Shown in pieces: positions 1 to 12,223 of a DNA stretch of 64,000 nt. Every line of letters begins with the position of its first letter. Positions within the stretch are counted from its first letter, which is position 1. The notes under the pieces were generated by a model that was given only the letters and a program-made list of their open reading frames with translations, did not search any database and was not told the origin of the DNA. The stretch is taken from contig CM126204.1 of assembly GCA_052327205.1 (NCBI GenBank), positions 72,974,001 to 73,038,000 of the forward strand. The letters run 5' to 3'. Made by a program: the position numbers and the translations under genes. This DNA is from Somniosus microcephalus (taxonomy: Eukaryota).

Positions 1-2074
1 TGGAGGGCAGCAGGCGTCTAGGTGTGAATCAGCACCTTCAGGACAGAATGAGAGAAACACACAATTAAAAGTGCCAGTGACAAGACGAAAGAATTCACAT
101 GGACAATAATGTTCAGCGCCTACACAGCAAGTGTCAACAATAACATTTCCAGTTAAGAGTCCCATTTCAGTGCTGAGATCCCAAATTTTCTAGAAAAACT
201 TGTAATCCTTATCCTCTTATTTTCAAGAGAGATTTCTGCTTCTGATATAAATGCAAGTTCTTTCTTTTGATGTGAGCGTTTCACAATACTGCAGTATATA
301 TAACTATAATACTTATTGTGATCGAAAGAAAATTAGTTAAAGAACCATAAAGGAGCCTTTGTACTAATGTTGAATTTCATGAGAAAATTCAGCATTGTTG
401 GAATTCAGTAATATTAGTAATATTGATTTATCCCAATACCTTAAAAATGATTATAACGTCAAAATGATCCCAATGTGCTTTATTTGGTTGCTGTGTGGGA
501 TCCCCTGCAAGCTCCCTTTCATTAAATAGACCTGTATAAGAGATCTAAAGCATAAGAGGTTAGAGTTAGAACACCGTGCAAGAAACTTTAATGGTATTTT
601 CTTGTAGAACACTTATTCAGTGGGTGGGCCGTGGGTGACTGCTTGAATGCTTTGCATTGTTCTGTTGTGAGCGATGGATTGACAACCTTTCAGTGGGATT
701 AACAGAGAAACCCTAGAATTTGAGTGTTGTTTTTCATTTTAAAAGAGTCAAATGCAATAATCTTTATTGTTGTGGGGAATTAGGGTTAATTTGGATCTGC
801 TTGATCTTTTTGCCGAGTTCTCTCATTCTTAATACTGCAGTGAATGTGATGCCAAAATGCTTCATTGTGTGATCTTGTACGTTGGCCCATTCAGTGCGTA
901 TTGTAATGTGATGCAATCAGGCTCTGTGGTGTACAGATAAATGCCTGTTTAATATTGCAAGCCAAGTTGCAAAAATAGACTTTGAATCAGAACTACATGT
1001 ATGACTTTTCTAATTTGCTGTTAAACCTGTGACTTGGTTTCAGCGCATATATACCTTTAATTCAGGTTGATTGGAACTGCTTGAGCCTGTTTATACAGTA
1101 TCCCTTCTATATTTACGGCAATGTACAATAGGTGTACTCATTGAACTGGAGAAAAGCAACTTATGGAACAAATTAAAACATTACTCATAACGCATGAAGA
1201 TTTGTGTTTATTTTTTCAAAAGTTGCATTGTAGTCTATATTTTCCTTCATTAAGCTGTCGGTTGAAGGAGCTCCTGCGACTATTAAAAATAACTTGAGCA
1301 GCTTAATCCTGGGAAGGGAAACAATTGGGGCTGCTCTGTTATTTGAAGTGGTCCTCTTAACCCATCTTTATACAAATTCTACATGGGCTAAGTTCCTTTT
1401 TAATAGTTTTCTCTGGACGTGTTGATCTAGAAAAAAAATGATTCATTATTGCAAATGATTAATTGTTGATCAAGTAATTCCTACTTTGAAATAACAAATT
1501 GTTTCGAGTATTTGGGGGGAAAATTGTCTCGTGGCCCCTTTTGGCGATAACTTCGCAAGCGCCGCAAAAAAGTTAACATCCCCGCGCCCGAAATTCAATG
1601 GTAAAGCCCCAAGCAGGAGGCGGGGCGCTACTGGAAGCGCTCCCTCTCCCTCTTGGGACGCTCCCACTGAGGTACTGCCGCGGTACTGCAGGCCTTCCTC
1701 CCCTGATTAAAGGGAAGGGGCCTAGCGCAGCGTGCACCGGGGCCCTGCTGGACCACGAGGGAGCGAGGTGCCAGTAAAAGAGCCCAGCACTCAAGAGGAG
1801 TGCCGGGCTGCCCGATCACGGCCAGCACCCGCAGCAGGAGGCGAGAGGGGGCAGGTGCTGGCAGGCAGCTCCCCCCCCAAAAAAAAATGGCCGCCCTTTA
1901 ATTATCGTCGCCCTGGCCACAAAAATGCCACCCTGACCCTGTCGGACATGGCATCCGGTGGTAGGTCAGGGGGCGCGAGCCAAGTTTGCGGCCGGAGCGG
2001 GGCGCTGCGCACTGCGATGGTGTCATCACCGGAGGCGTGGCGCCGCAGGGTGCTACCGGCTACCACCGCTGCTA

Positions 2075-4025
2075 ACATAAGAACACAAGAACGTAAGGAA
2101 CAGGAGCAGGAGTAGGCCAGTCAGCCCCTCGAGCCTGCTCCGCCATTCAATAAGATCATGGCTGATCCAATCTTGGCCTCAACACCACTTTCCCGCTCTC
2201 TCCCCGTACCCCTTGACTCCCCTATAGTTCAAATGTCTGTCAATCTCCACATTGAATATATTCAATGACTCCGCCTCCACAGCTCTCTGGGGTAGAGAAT
2301 TCCAAAGATTCACGACCCTCAGAGAAAAAATTCCTCCTCATCTCCATCTTAAATGGGTGACCCCTTATTCTGAAACTATGCCCTCTAGTTCTAGATAGCC
2401 CCACTAGGGGCAACATCCTCTCCCCATCCCCCTCAGAATCTTATATGTTTCAATAAGATCACTTCTCATTCTTCTAAACTCCAATGAATATAGGCCCAAT
2501 CTGCTCAACCTTTCGTCTTATGTCAACCCCTTCATCCCAGGAATCAACCTAGTGAACCTTCCCGACACTGCCTCCAATGCAAGTATATCCTTCCTTAAAT
2601 ATGGAGACCAAAACTGTACGCAGTACTCCAGGTGCGGTCTCACCAGCACCCTGTAAAGTTGAATCAAAACTTCCCTACTTTTATAATCCATACCCCTTGC
2701 AATAAAGGCCAACATTCCATTAACCTTCCTAATAACTTGCTGTACCTGCATGCTAACTTTTTGTGTTTCATGTACTAGGACCCCCAGGATCCTCTGTGCC
2801 TCAGCATTTTGTAGTCTCACTCCATTTAAATAATAATTTGCTTTTTCATTCTTCCTTCCAAAGTGGATAATCTCACATTTTCCCACATTGTACTCCATCT
2901 GCCAAATTTCTGCCCACTCACTTAACCTATCTACATCCCTTTGCAGACTCTTTGGGCACGATCTTGCCAGCCCTGGGGAGGCAGGTATGGAGGCGGGACT
3001 GCTGGGAAAATGGCAGAATCTGGGGGCGGGTACCCATCCCGCCCCCAACCCACCTCCGTGCCATCTTCCCAGGAGGTGGGTAGCCAACCCACGCCGGGTC
3101 CCGTCTCCTGGAGGCGGGAAGGGGATTACAGCCACTTAACTGCCTGTTAAAAGGTAGTTAACAGGCGGTTAAAAGGATTATCCCCATTTTTCCAGCTGAG
3201 GCGCGGGCTTCCCGACATCAGGAAACCCCGCCAGGGCCACCAAGGTGAGCAGTGGGTCTGCCGGAGTCAGAGGGGTGCAAAAGTGTGCTGTGAAGGTAAG
3301 TGATGGGTGCAAGTGTGGAGAGGTAAGTATGTGCAGTGAGTGTAAAGTGATAGAAAATGTTTACTTACCTTTGTTTCTTCCTGCAGGCTTCAACCATTGG
3401 GGATGCGGAGAGTCTCGCATCTCAATGGCAGAGATGACAGACGGCTGCTGCATTCTGCGATGCAACAACCATCTAATTTCTGCTTACAAAAGGGGTTTGA
3501 TGAGTTTTGAATACAAGGACTCATCTAACAACATAGAATGTCAGTGTTTGACAGCTTCACAGAGCTGTCAAACGATGACAAATCATCTGTCAAGAATTTT
3601 TGACAGATGCAACGTCATACGCTGACGTTTTCTGTAACCAGCTTCCCCTTAATTGGCCTGCTAAGCCCGATCAAGGTCAATCAAGGGAAAATAGCATGGG
3701 TTGGCCAGGTCAATGGAGGTGGGACTAAAACCCGACAAGCAGCAGTCCTGCCTCCAATGCACCCCCATTGACAAAATCGCCCCCTTAGTGTCCTCCTCAC
3801 AACTTGCTAACCCACCTATCTTTGTATCATCAGCAAATTTGGCTACAGTAGACTCGGTCCCTTCATCCAAGTCATTAATATAGATTGTAAATAGTTGAGG
3901 CCCCAGCACTGATCCCTGTGGCACCCCACTAGTTACTGATTGCCAACTGGAAAATGACCCAATTATCCCGACTCTCTGTTTTCTGTTGGTTAGCCAATCC
4001 CCTATCCATGCCAATATATTGCCCC
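2075..4025 (-). mobile_element. 5'-truncated CR1 LINE (RT C-terminus and 3' UTR), interrupted at 2954-3784
   Basis: Minus-strand translation gives CR1 RT motifs ([35 protein letters not shown]). The CR1 3' tail lies at about 2075-2170. The sequence reads continuously across the inner insertion (CAGACTCTTT|GTGTCCTCC). Confidence 0.92.
2954..3784. mobile_element. MITE (same family as 43896-44704, opposite orientation) inserted into CR1
   Basis: TIRs GGGCACGATCTTGCCA and TGACAAAATCGCCCCC match at 12/16. The 3-bp flanks are TTT and TTA. Extensive reverse-complement similarity to 44060-44704. Confidence 0.82.
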
Positions 4026-4707
4026 CACTGAATTTTGCGGGAGGCGTTAGCGACACCGCGCCTGGGCGCTAGTTGCTTTGCGCCTCGGTAGCACCCCTAA
4101 CAGGAGGCACAAAGCTATGGAATATTTCCCCCTTTATATTTAAGAGTAAACTTTAGAGAAAGTATTCTGTTAAATCCAATTGGTGAGCTAGAATTAACTG
4201 ATAAACTCAGAAATAGTTGAATGGTCCATTTTACTTTAAGCCAAAATTTGGACTGACATGACATTTTGATGTTTGACCCTTCAGGTTAAACATTAATGAC
4301 AAATGAAGGAATGTTTGGCTCCTGGTATGTTACGAGTCCATTGTGCACCTTTTAAACCTGTTTCATCTTTTTTGACCAAGCCCAAATCTCTACTGACAAT
4401 ACAAATATTGACAGCAGTTTGGGAGGCTATTGACTGTTGGCCCAAAGGTTACAGGAAGTGCCAAGATAGTTATAATGTCTCGTGCCAAAGAGTGAGGGCA
4501 TTACTACACACTTGAGGTCACTTCCATAAACCAAGGAGAATAGTTTACCAACTGCAGCCAACAATTTGCAGCCAATGTAATTTTATTGTGCCCAAGAGAT
4601 AAATTTATTTTCTAAATGAGAAACATTTTCACTTGCTGTAGATAGGCCCTAGGCAGCAGTTTGCAATATCAGCAGGCAATAGTCTCTGTTTTGCAGTTGG
4701 ATGTCAT

Positions 4708-5258
4708 GGGGTAGAAATTAGTCTGGGCCTGTTTTCATGCCCAGACGTGGTGCTGCGGATCCAGCCTGTTCCGAACAGAGAGACCCGAGGATCGAAAGAA
4801 ATTAGTCCTCGAGCCTCATCTGTACACTCAGGGCGAGCTGCCAGTTGAGCTACTACAGACAACTCATCCCAGCAGCAGCCCCCAGGTAAATTCCTGGAGG
4901 GGAGTTGAAGCAAGCTATGGGTGGGATGGGGAGGTTGCTCCTCCTGGCTCCATAGGAAGGTGAAAAACTAATTTCAAAAACTTACCTTTAGTTGGTGGCC
5001 ATGGGAGCTGCTGAAGGATTCTGAGAGGGGCAGGCATTGGACTCATGAGGCAACCAAATTGTCAAAGGGATCCTTTAATATGTGTTAACACCGTGCCTGT
5101 TTTAGGTTTTGCCTGGAACCCTAAAATTTGGGCTCCATGAGTTTGGCAGCAGAACCAACACCTGCGCAGATTGGGCAAGGCCGTCCCACTGCTAAATTAG
5201 TATGCTTTTCGCCTGTTTTACGCCCAAAAAACAAGCAACCCATACCAGTTTCTACCCC
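4708..5258. mobile_element. MITE, PIF/Harbinger-like
   Basis: TIRs GGGGTAGAAATTAG and CCAGTTTCTACCCC match at 12/14. A 3-bp TSD, CAT, is at 4705-4707 and 5259-5261. Confidence 0.8.
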
Positions 5259-8200
5259 CATGAATTCTCCTCCATTGATCTTGTTTAAGGCGTTAGTCCT
5301 TTGTCATAAACTACTAAGTATTATACATCTGCATAAATGGATTATGTGTGCATTCTAATTGTTTTATGCATATTATTAAGATGAGTCATACCAGTTTGGA
5401 TACTGAAACACATTTTATTTTTCACACATTTGAGCATTCCTAGGGCAAGTACCAAATGCAGAGTGACGTCCCTTTACTTTGCTATAAACAACATGCCTTA
5501 ACCCCAATTTCAGAAAATTTGCTCTTAATCGACCAGTGTGAATTTTCCTTTTCACTACCAGTCATGCCTGACATCTCTCAGTGAAACTGATAATAGCGGC
5601 GATTTGTGCTGAATTATGAGCAATTTTGGGCTGTTGACTTGTGGTCACTAGGAAATGGGTTGAAACAGTCCAAAGTCCTTTTACTTGAGACTCATACAGC
5701 CAGCTAAAAGAGGAGTCTTTCATCCCTTTAAATCTAGGTCTCAAAGTTCAAAGGACATCATGCTACCTAGTCTCCTCGAATGTACCTGTGCTTGCATATG
5801 TGCCATTTAAAATCCAGTGTACAAGTTGCATCACTACTAAGTGCATTGTATAAGTCATGTTAATCTATAAATGACTGCCTTATACTCAAAGTCTCAAACA
5901 TATCCTTGAGAGAGATATGTCCATGTTATGTACATGCATGTGTAATATATTATAAAATTTCTCAGCAGATTTTCAAATGTTCACAATTACAACTCTGATG
6001 TTATGTGCTGAAAGTTGAAATCGTGCTGTGTATCTCCATATCTAATTTCACGCATAATTTAAATTTTCTTGCTTCAAGAAAGTAAATACAGTCGAGAAAT
6101 GGTCAACTCTATTACTGGTAGTTGCTGCCTTACATAGATTTGTATGACAGACAACTGAGTCCTTTGAACATGTAATAATGGGTACAAGGCCATACAGTAG
6201 TAATAGTATGAAGTAAGCAGCCATTTGAAACCATTTAAAATGTCAGTGACTGCATTAATGCTACCTAAAAATTGATTTTTATTTTGTACCAGGTGACTTA
6301 ATAAAACTTTCTTTTATGCTTTCTTTATTACCGCCTCACATTACAAGATTGTCATTTAATACGTCCAAAAAAGTTGAGAAGGTTCATTGATTTCTTTAAA
6401 AAACATATATGAGCTGATCCAAGTCAGTATTTTCCTCTGCATTCCTTCCTTCCATCATTGGGTGCCTCATCCTGCACCGCACCCACCTTAACTGACAGCT
6501 CACATTCTATCTGCCGCTGCATGTCCTCGCCAACTCCCATCTGACTGTATAACTCTTCTCCTACCTCAAGCCAATGATCAATGTTAAAAATAACAAATCA
6601 ACTACTCTTATAACTTTAAAGCAGCAGATGCATAATATGTGTGAAATATTGAATCCAAGTGTTTTTTGAAAATACTTTTTATTAAGATTGAATTTATTTT
6701 TACATTGGTGAAACAAGAACATAAATTTAACAAAACAAAGGGAAAATCAATCATGAAATGTGAAACACTTTAAAAAGACAAGCACAGTCTACATAATAGT
6801 CTTAACATATATATTCTGTATAAAAATTTAAACTATAAATATAAAATGGCTTTCAATCCATCTCCCAACTATTGATGTAACTCAGCCACTTTGTGATCAA
6901 TGATGGCACATTTTTATACATCTCAGCCGCTTCCTCAGCACTAAATCTTGGTTCTGGGCATTTTATTTCTCCCCCTTCCAAAGTCTAATCCTCCTGGCGA
7001 GTACTATTTATATGCGCTAGTGTCAGAAGGTGATTCTTTTCAAAATTCTGATATGACTGCAGTATTTGTGTGTAATTTTGAGAGAATGAAGTTAATCAAA
7101 TTCTCAACATATTTACGTTTGTTGTGACATGTTTGAAAGTGTGCTTTGGTAAAACACTGCGCTAACACTTCAAATGATGTAAAATGAAAAACATATATGT
7201 CGGTGGGTCAGAGAATGTTTCTCATCAATTATTTCTTGACTGTAGACCATTTGAATTATGTCATTTTTTTGGAACATATAAAGCCACTACCACAGAGTGT
7301 AGAGCAGAATTCAGCTTAACGCAAAGGGATTCATGTTATTTTGGAATAATCATTTGGCATTCTTAACTAATCTTGTACTTTCTCTATTTCTCTTTATATT
7401 CAGTAAATAGAAATTTTATTGGATAGTAAATGTATTGTGATATTGTTTATTCTACAGTATATGTATTTTCAATCTGAATTATAAATATATTTTGAGACTG
7501 AAAGTGCAACATAGGATGAATAAATCATCATAAAGTGCTTCCATAAATCTGGCAGTTCCAAACTGGCAGGATAAAGCAACCCTTTATTGTGGAAAGATAG
7601 TGAAGCGTTATCGTAATTAACCCATTACTGCTACTGCTTTTGAATGTTTCATCCTTAGCGTCTGTTAGCATGTCTAGTTGGTATTTAAACAATGTACCAT
7701 AATGGATTTATAACAAGTATTGTAGCTATTGTATTACACACTATTTGTTAATAACATGTTAAGTGGAATATGACATTAAATTAATTTTACAAATCAAACT
7801 GAAAATTAACAGAATAAGACTGGTTCACTGTTAACAATGTAAAAAAATAAGTTGTCAAAAAAGAAGGTTGCAGAAATGTTGCCAAACAGATGCGAAGGGA
7901 TTAAAGGATTAACTCCAGGGTCAGGGCTATTCACTTGCTAACATATTCATGGCGCTAACGATAGGGCAGTTCACACCTACTGTCGACCAGAAGCGAAGAA
8001 GGGTTTAGTGTGTTTGTGTGTCTTGAGGTTTTAAGTCACAACTAGTATCTACTGACATTTGATGAGACCTTGCTATAACAAAAAAAGAATAAATCATTTC
8101 AAAATACTGTCCTTAGCAAGTGGTTTGACATTCTGAAATTATGTACTAATCGGATTAAGACGCATAATAGTAGGATGATGATTGGGTTTCAGTTTATTTC

Positions 8201-10487
8201 TATAATTTCTGAATTTCAAGTTAAAATGTGCACCATCATAGATTTCAGCCCACAGTATTTAACAGTAAAGAGGAGACACTTAATCCCAGTGGATGGCAGT
8301 ATTCTGCTTTTGTATGAAATCACTGTAACTAAAGCCGTAGATTGATTTGGAACATCTTATCCCATTTGTTATGAGTATATTGCAATTTTCTTTTCAATAT
8401 ATTAAAAGGAATATGGTTTTTGAATACTTGTCCTGTGTTTTTCTCAAGAACAGTGGTGTCCATTAATTGTCTCCAGTTGGGTGTATTTAAAAATAGAAAA
8501 TGTGAAGTTCCTCATAAAAATGATAACTACCTTAGGACATTTTGAATAATAGTTCCAAAAGTGTGGAAGAGAAAATGGCACTTTAGGACTTCTTTTGGTA
8601 CTTTAGTATCACATTGCAAATACAAATAAAAGAGGAAACATAGAATCATCCCAAACCTAGTGTCATTTCAGGTTTCATTGATGCACATCCAGCCAAGGAC
8701 ATGGGTCAACAATGCTACAGATTCGCCAATTACATTCTGACACTGCTGTCTTTTAATTTGTAGAACTCTATAGACTCTTTTTGGAGGGTTGATACTTACA
8801 GCATGAGAACTCATGATTCTGAAAATTGAATCAACAGTAAGTATTTGGTAGCCAAGGTATAATTTTACCAGAAAATGCAGGTGATATCCTACCATAGCAG
8901 GGTGGTGGAGCTGTGATTGGCTAGTGGGAAGTGTATCTGCTCTAGCTTGATGGAGGCATGGGTTAAATCCATATAAAGTGGATCCTTTCCATCTTGTAGC
9001 TGTCTGAACTGAACTCCTCACAAGCTGAGTATAACCAGTTACTACTGTAACAACAGAGCAACAACAGTACGCACCTACTGTACATTTACAACTTGCTGTA
9101 AAATGTATTCGGTATTTGCCGATGCTGCTTGTTCCATACAACCAGGAAGCTGTTTAATATCCTAACTATAAAGATTGGGAGATAATTTTTAAGCAAATCC
9201 AATGTTTTGTGCTGAAAGGGAAATGCTTTTAAAAAGTGCGATCTGATGGGAAAGGAGAGTGAGATGGCAAGCTAATTATTTTTTTCAACCAAATAGTGAA
9301 TATTCAAAGTTCATTTATCCTCCCCAGGGAACCTTGTTGCAGCTACAATTAAAGTCAGCATTTTTTTTCACATTGTAAATATGTTAATTATTACATTTAC
9401 AAAGTAACAGAATTAGTTGTTCGTGTGCTGCTTGACAGAGCAGAGAAATAGAGGCAATGTTCCTATGAAGACTTTTATACCTTTATCAAATAACTGGAAT
9501 ATCTATTTTTGTAAGCCATATCATCAAATGTAAGATGCAGACCCCTCTACAATTACTGGCTGTGACCAGGAGGACCGTGTTCATCCTGGCTCGCTGGGAG
9601 TTCTCCAAGGTAATTGAAATTCTACCTCCATAGAGTTCAGATGAGAAGTGATATGAAGATGTGGGAAAACCTGAGCTGAATTGATTTTTTTTCCCCTTAA
9701 TGTTTGGACAAAGAAATAACTTAGCTAAGTGTAGCAGAGATGATAAGCGCATTCAGTCATGGTAGATTAAGAGGCCTGCATCAGTTAACACAGACTGTAT
9801 TTTATTCTCTCTCTATGTGCTGCCATGTTTAGATTGGAGATTAATTGCAATAGAATTACAGTACGTCTGTTTGTTTTTTTAACAATTGCAAATTACATTA
9901 AACAGCCGATGTGTTTTCTAATATGATTGTTCTTACCTGATAATTGGGATGGCGCCACATGAGGTTTTGATAAGAAATTCATAAACACTTCTTTATGAAG
10001 CCCTCATGACTTCATTTTGTGACTATCTAGGGTGACAAATTATTTGAAGAAAGCAGACCTATACACAAAACACAATGCTCCATTTCTTTCAGCATTATGA
10101 CTGTTTGTTTATTTTTCAAATATTTGCCCTGTGTTATCTGCCATATGATGAGGAATATAATGAAATGTTATACAGTGGCAGTGTTTCCTGGCTAATTTCT
10201 TTATTTGCTCTGCCTGCAGCCTGATGGCCGTACTTGGGCAGAAACTATGAAATTGTTATCTGCTCGTGCAATTAGAGATCAGCCTCTTTCATTCCAGTCC
10301 TATTTGAAGATTGATTTGATTTTCGTCCAATAACAAAAAAAATAACAGAATACAGCTTGGTTTTGCGCAGATATCTGTAGCTGTGAAGTGTTAATTGCAA
10401 TTTAGATAAGGATTAGAAGGACCATATCTCAGTAGACCACATTTATTTGCAAGTGCTGTACTGTAATGCATCATGATTTCTCGTGGT

Positions 10488-10543
10488 TTTGTGTGCGTGT
10501 GTGTGTGTGTGTATGTGTGGGTGTGTGTGTGTGTGTGCGCGTG
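10488..10543. repeat. (GT)n microsatellite, imperfect
   Basis: Directly visible TG/GT dinucleotide run. Confidence 0.9.
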
Positions 10544-10880
10544 TTGCTGTACGTGGTCCCTTGTGTAGCTGCTTTCAGATAATAGGGGTCGAACAAGCCC
10601 TCTCGCCAGCACCACTCCAGTTAAGGTTTCGGACAGTGGCACTGCAGGCTCCATACAAAACCACAAATATGCAGATTTTTCAGTTCCACAAACAACTCCA
10701 AGACTGCGGAATTGGCCTGATTTAGAAGACTCTCTCCTCCCCGCCTTCCCCCACACTACCCGCGCCGCCCCCCCCCCACCACACCGCCCACCTCATCCTG
10801 CTCTGCAGATAACTAAACAGCCGTCAGTTTAATGGCAGTGTTATTAACTGCTTTCTTAAATTCAGCCAGATTCATATAAC

Positions 10881-11607
10881 ATCTGTCTGAGGCTGAACCA
10901 CACTGTTCGCAACCTTGGTGTCATATTTGACCCTGAAATGAGCTTCTGACCACATATCCGCAGCATAACTAAGACCGCCTATTTCCACCTCCGTAACATC
11001 GCCCGTCTCCGCCCTTGCCTCAGCTCACCCGCTGCTGAAACCCTCATCCATGCCTTTGTTACCTCTAGACTTGACTATTCCAATGCACTCCTGGCTGGCC
11101 TCCCACATTCCGCCCTACGTAAACTTGAGGTCATCCAAAACTCGGCTGCCCGTGTCCTAACTCGCACCAAGTCCCATTCATCCATCACCCCTGTGCTCAC
11201 TGATTTCAAAATTCTCATCCTTGTTTTCAAATTCCTCCATGGCCTCGCCCCCCCCTATCTCTGTAATCTCCTTCAGCCCCACAACCCCCTGAGATATCTG
11301 CGCTCCTCTAATTCTGCCCTCTTGAGCATCCCTGATTATAATCGCTCAACCATTGGTGGCCGTGCCTTCTGTTGCCTAGGCCCTAAGCTCTGGAGTTCCC
11401 TGCCTAAACTTCTCTACCTCTCTTTCCTCCTTTAAGACGCTCATTAAAACCTACCTCTTTCACCAAGCTTTTGGTCACCTGCCCTAATTTCTCCTTATGT
11501 GGCTCAGTGTCAAATTTTTTTGACTTTTAATACTCCTGTGAAGCACCTTGGGACATTTTACTACGTTAAAGGCACTATATAAATACAAGTTGTTGTTGTT
11601 GTTGTTG
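10881..11607 (+). mobile_element. 5'-truncated L2-clade LINE 3' end
   Basis: Decayed L2 ORF2 C-terminus (RNLGVIFD, LIHAFVTSRLDYSN, FKILILVFKFLHGLAPPYL, GGRAF). L2-type terminus CTATATAAATACAAG followed by a (TTG)n tail. Confidence 0.9.
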
Positions 11608-12168
11608 AGTGACCAATTGGTTAAGTGAGCCCACAGTATTTGCTGTCCAGGAGATGCATTTCGGTTCCTATTATGGCCACAGAACAATTTGTTGTGAGTA
11701 AATTGTTCCGAGACTTTCTTCTACATGAGGTATGCTATAGAAATGCAATTTGTTATCGTGTAGAATATACAGTAGTTGGTATGAAGATCACTTGCAAGTA
11801 TTATTTGACCACCTGACAATTGCCTCTCTTCCCCCCCTGGGAAAAAAAATTGCAATTACATGCAACTGATAAAATCCTGCAAGTTTGATTTTTTATTTGT
11901 TTACACTGAAGTTTTCAGTAAAAAATTACTATTACTGCCTTCTGAGAGATATTCTTAGTTCTCTGGGATGTCTGAAACGATGTTATCTATCGGGTTGAAT
12001 CTGATACGCATTCTATTCTGGAATGAACTTTATCATGTTAAATCCTCTCACATCAGTGTTTTGGTTTATATAAATGAAAAGCACTTTGTGCCTGTCTTGT
12101 ACTGGTGTAACATGGGTAATGGGACAGTGCAAACATGGGCTTCAAGTGGGATTGGGGTTCACTGTTGA

Positions 12169-12223
12169 GGCTTTACAGCCAATGAAGTACTTTTGAAGTG
12201 TAGTCACTGGTGTAATGTAGGAT
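12169..12223 (-). mobile_element. Short fragment of Deu-type SINE
   Basis: CAATGAAGTACTTTTGAAGTGTAGTCACTGGTGTAATGT closely matches 27556-27595 of the SINE copy in this window. Confidence 0.6.

Larger units (their letters stand above)
1514..4132. mobile_element. GC-rich non-autonomous DNA transposon (MITE, PIF/Harbinger-like), split by a nested CR1 fragment and a second MITE
   Basis: Imperfect TIRs GGGGGGAAAATT (1514) and AATATTTCCCCC (ends 4132), with TTT on both flanks. GC-rich body at 1514-2073 resumes at about 4025-4132. Shares internal motifs with the 41229-41914 element. Confidence 0.7.

Noticed and set aside
8668-9141. 157-aa minus-strand ORF
   Set aside because: Non-ATG start, no recognisable domain, and composition typical of non-coding DNA.
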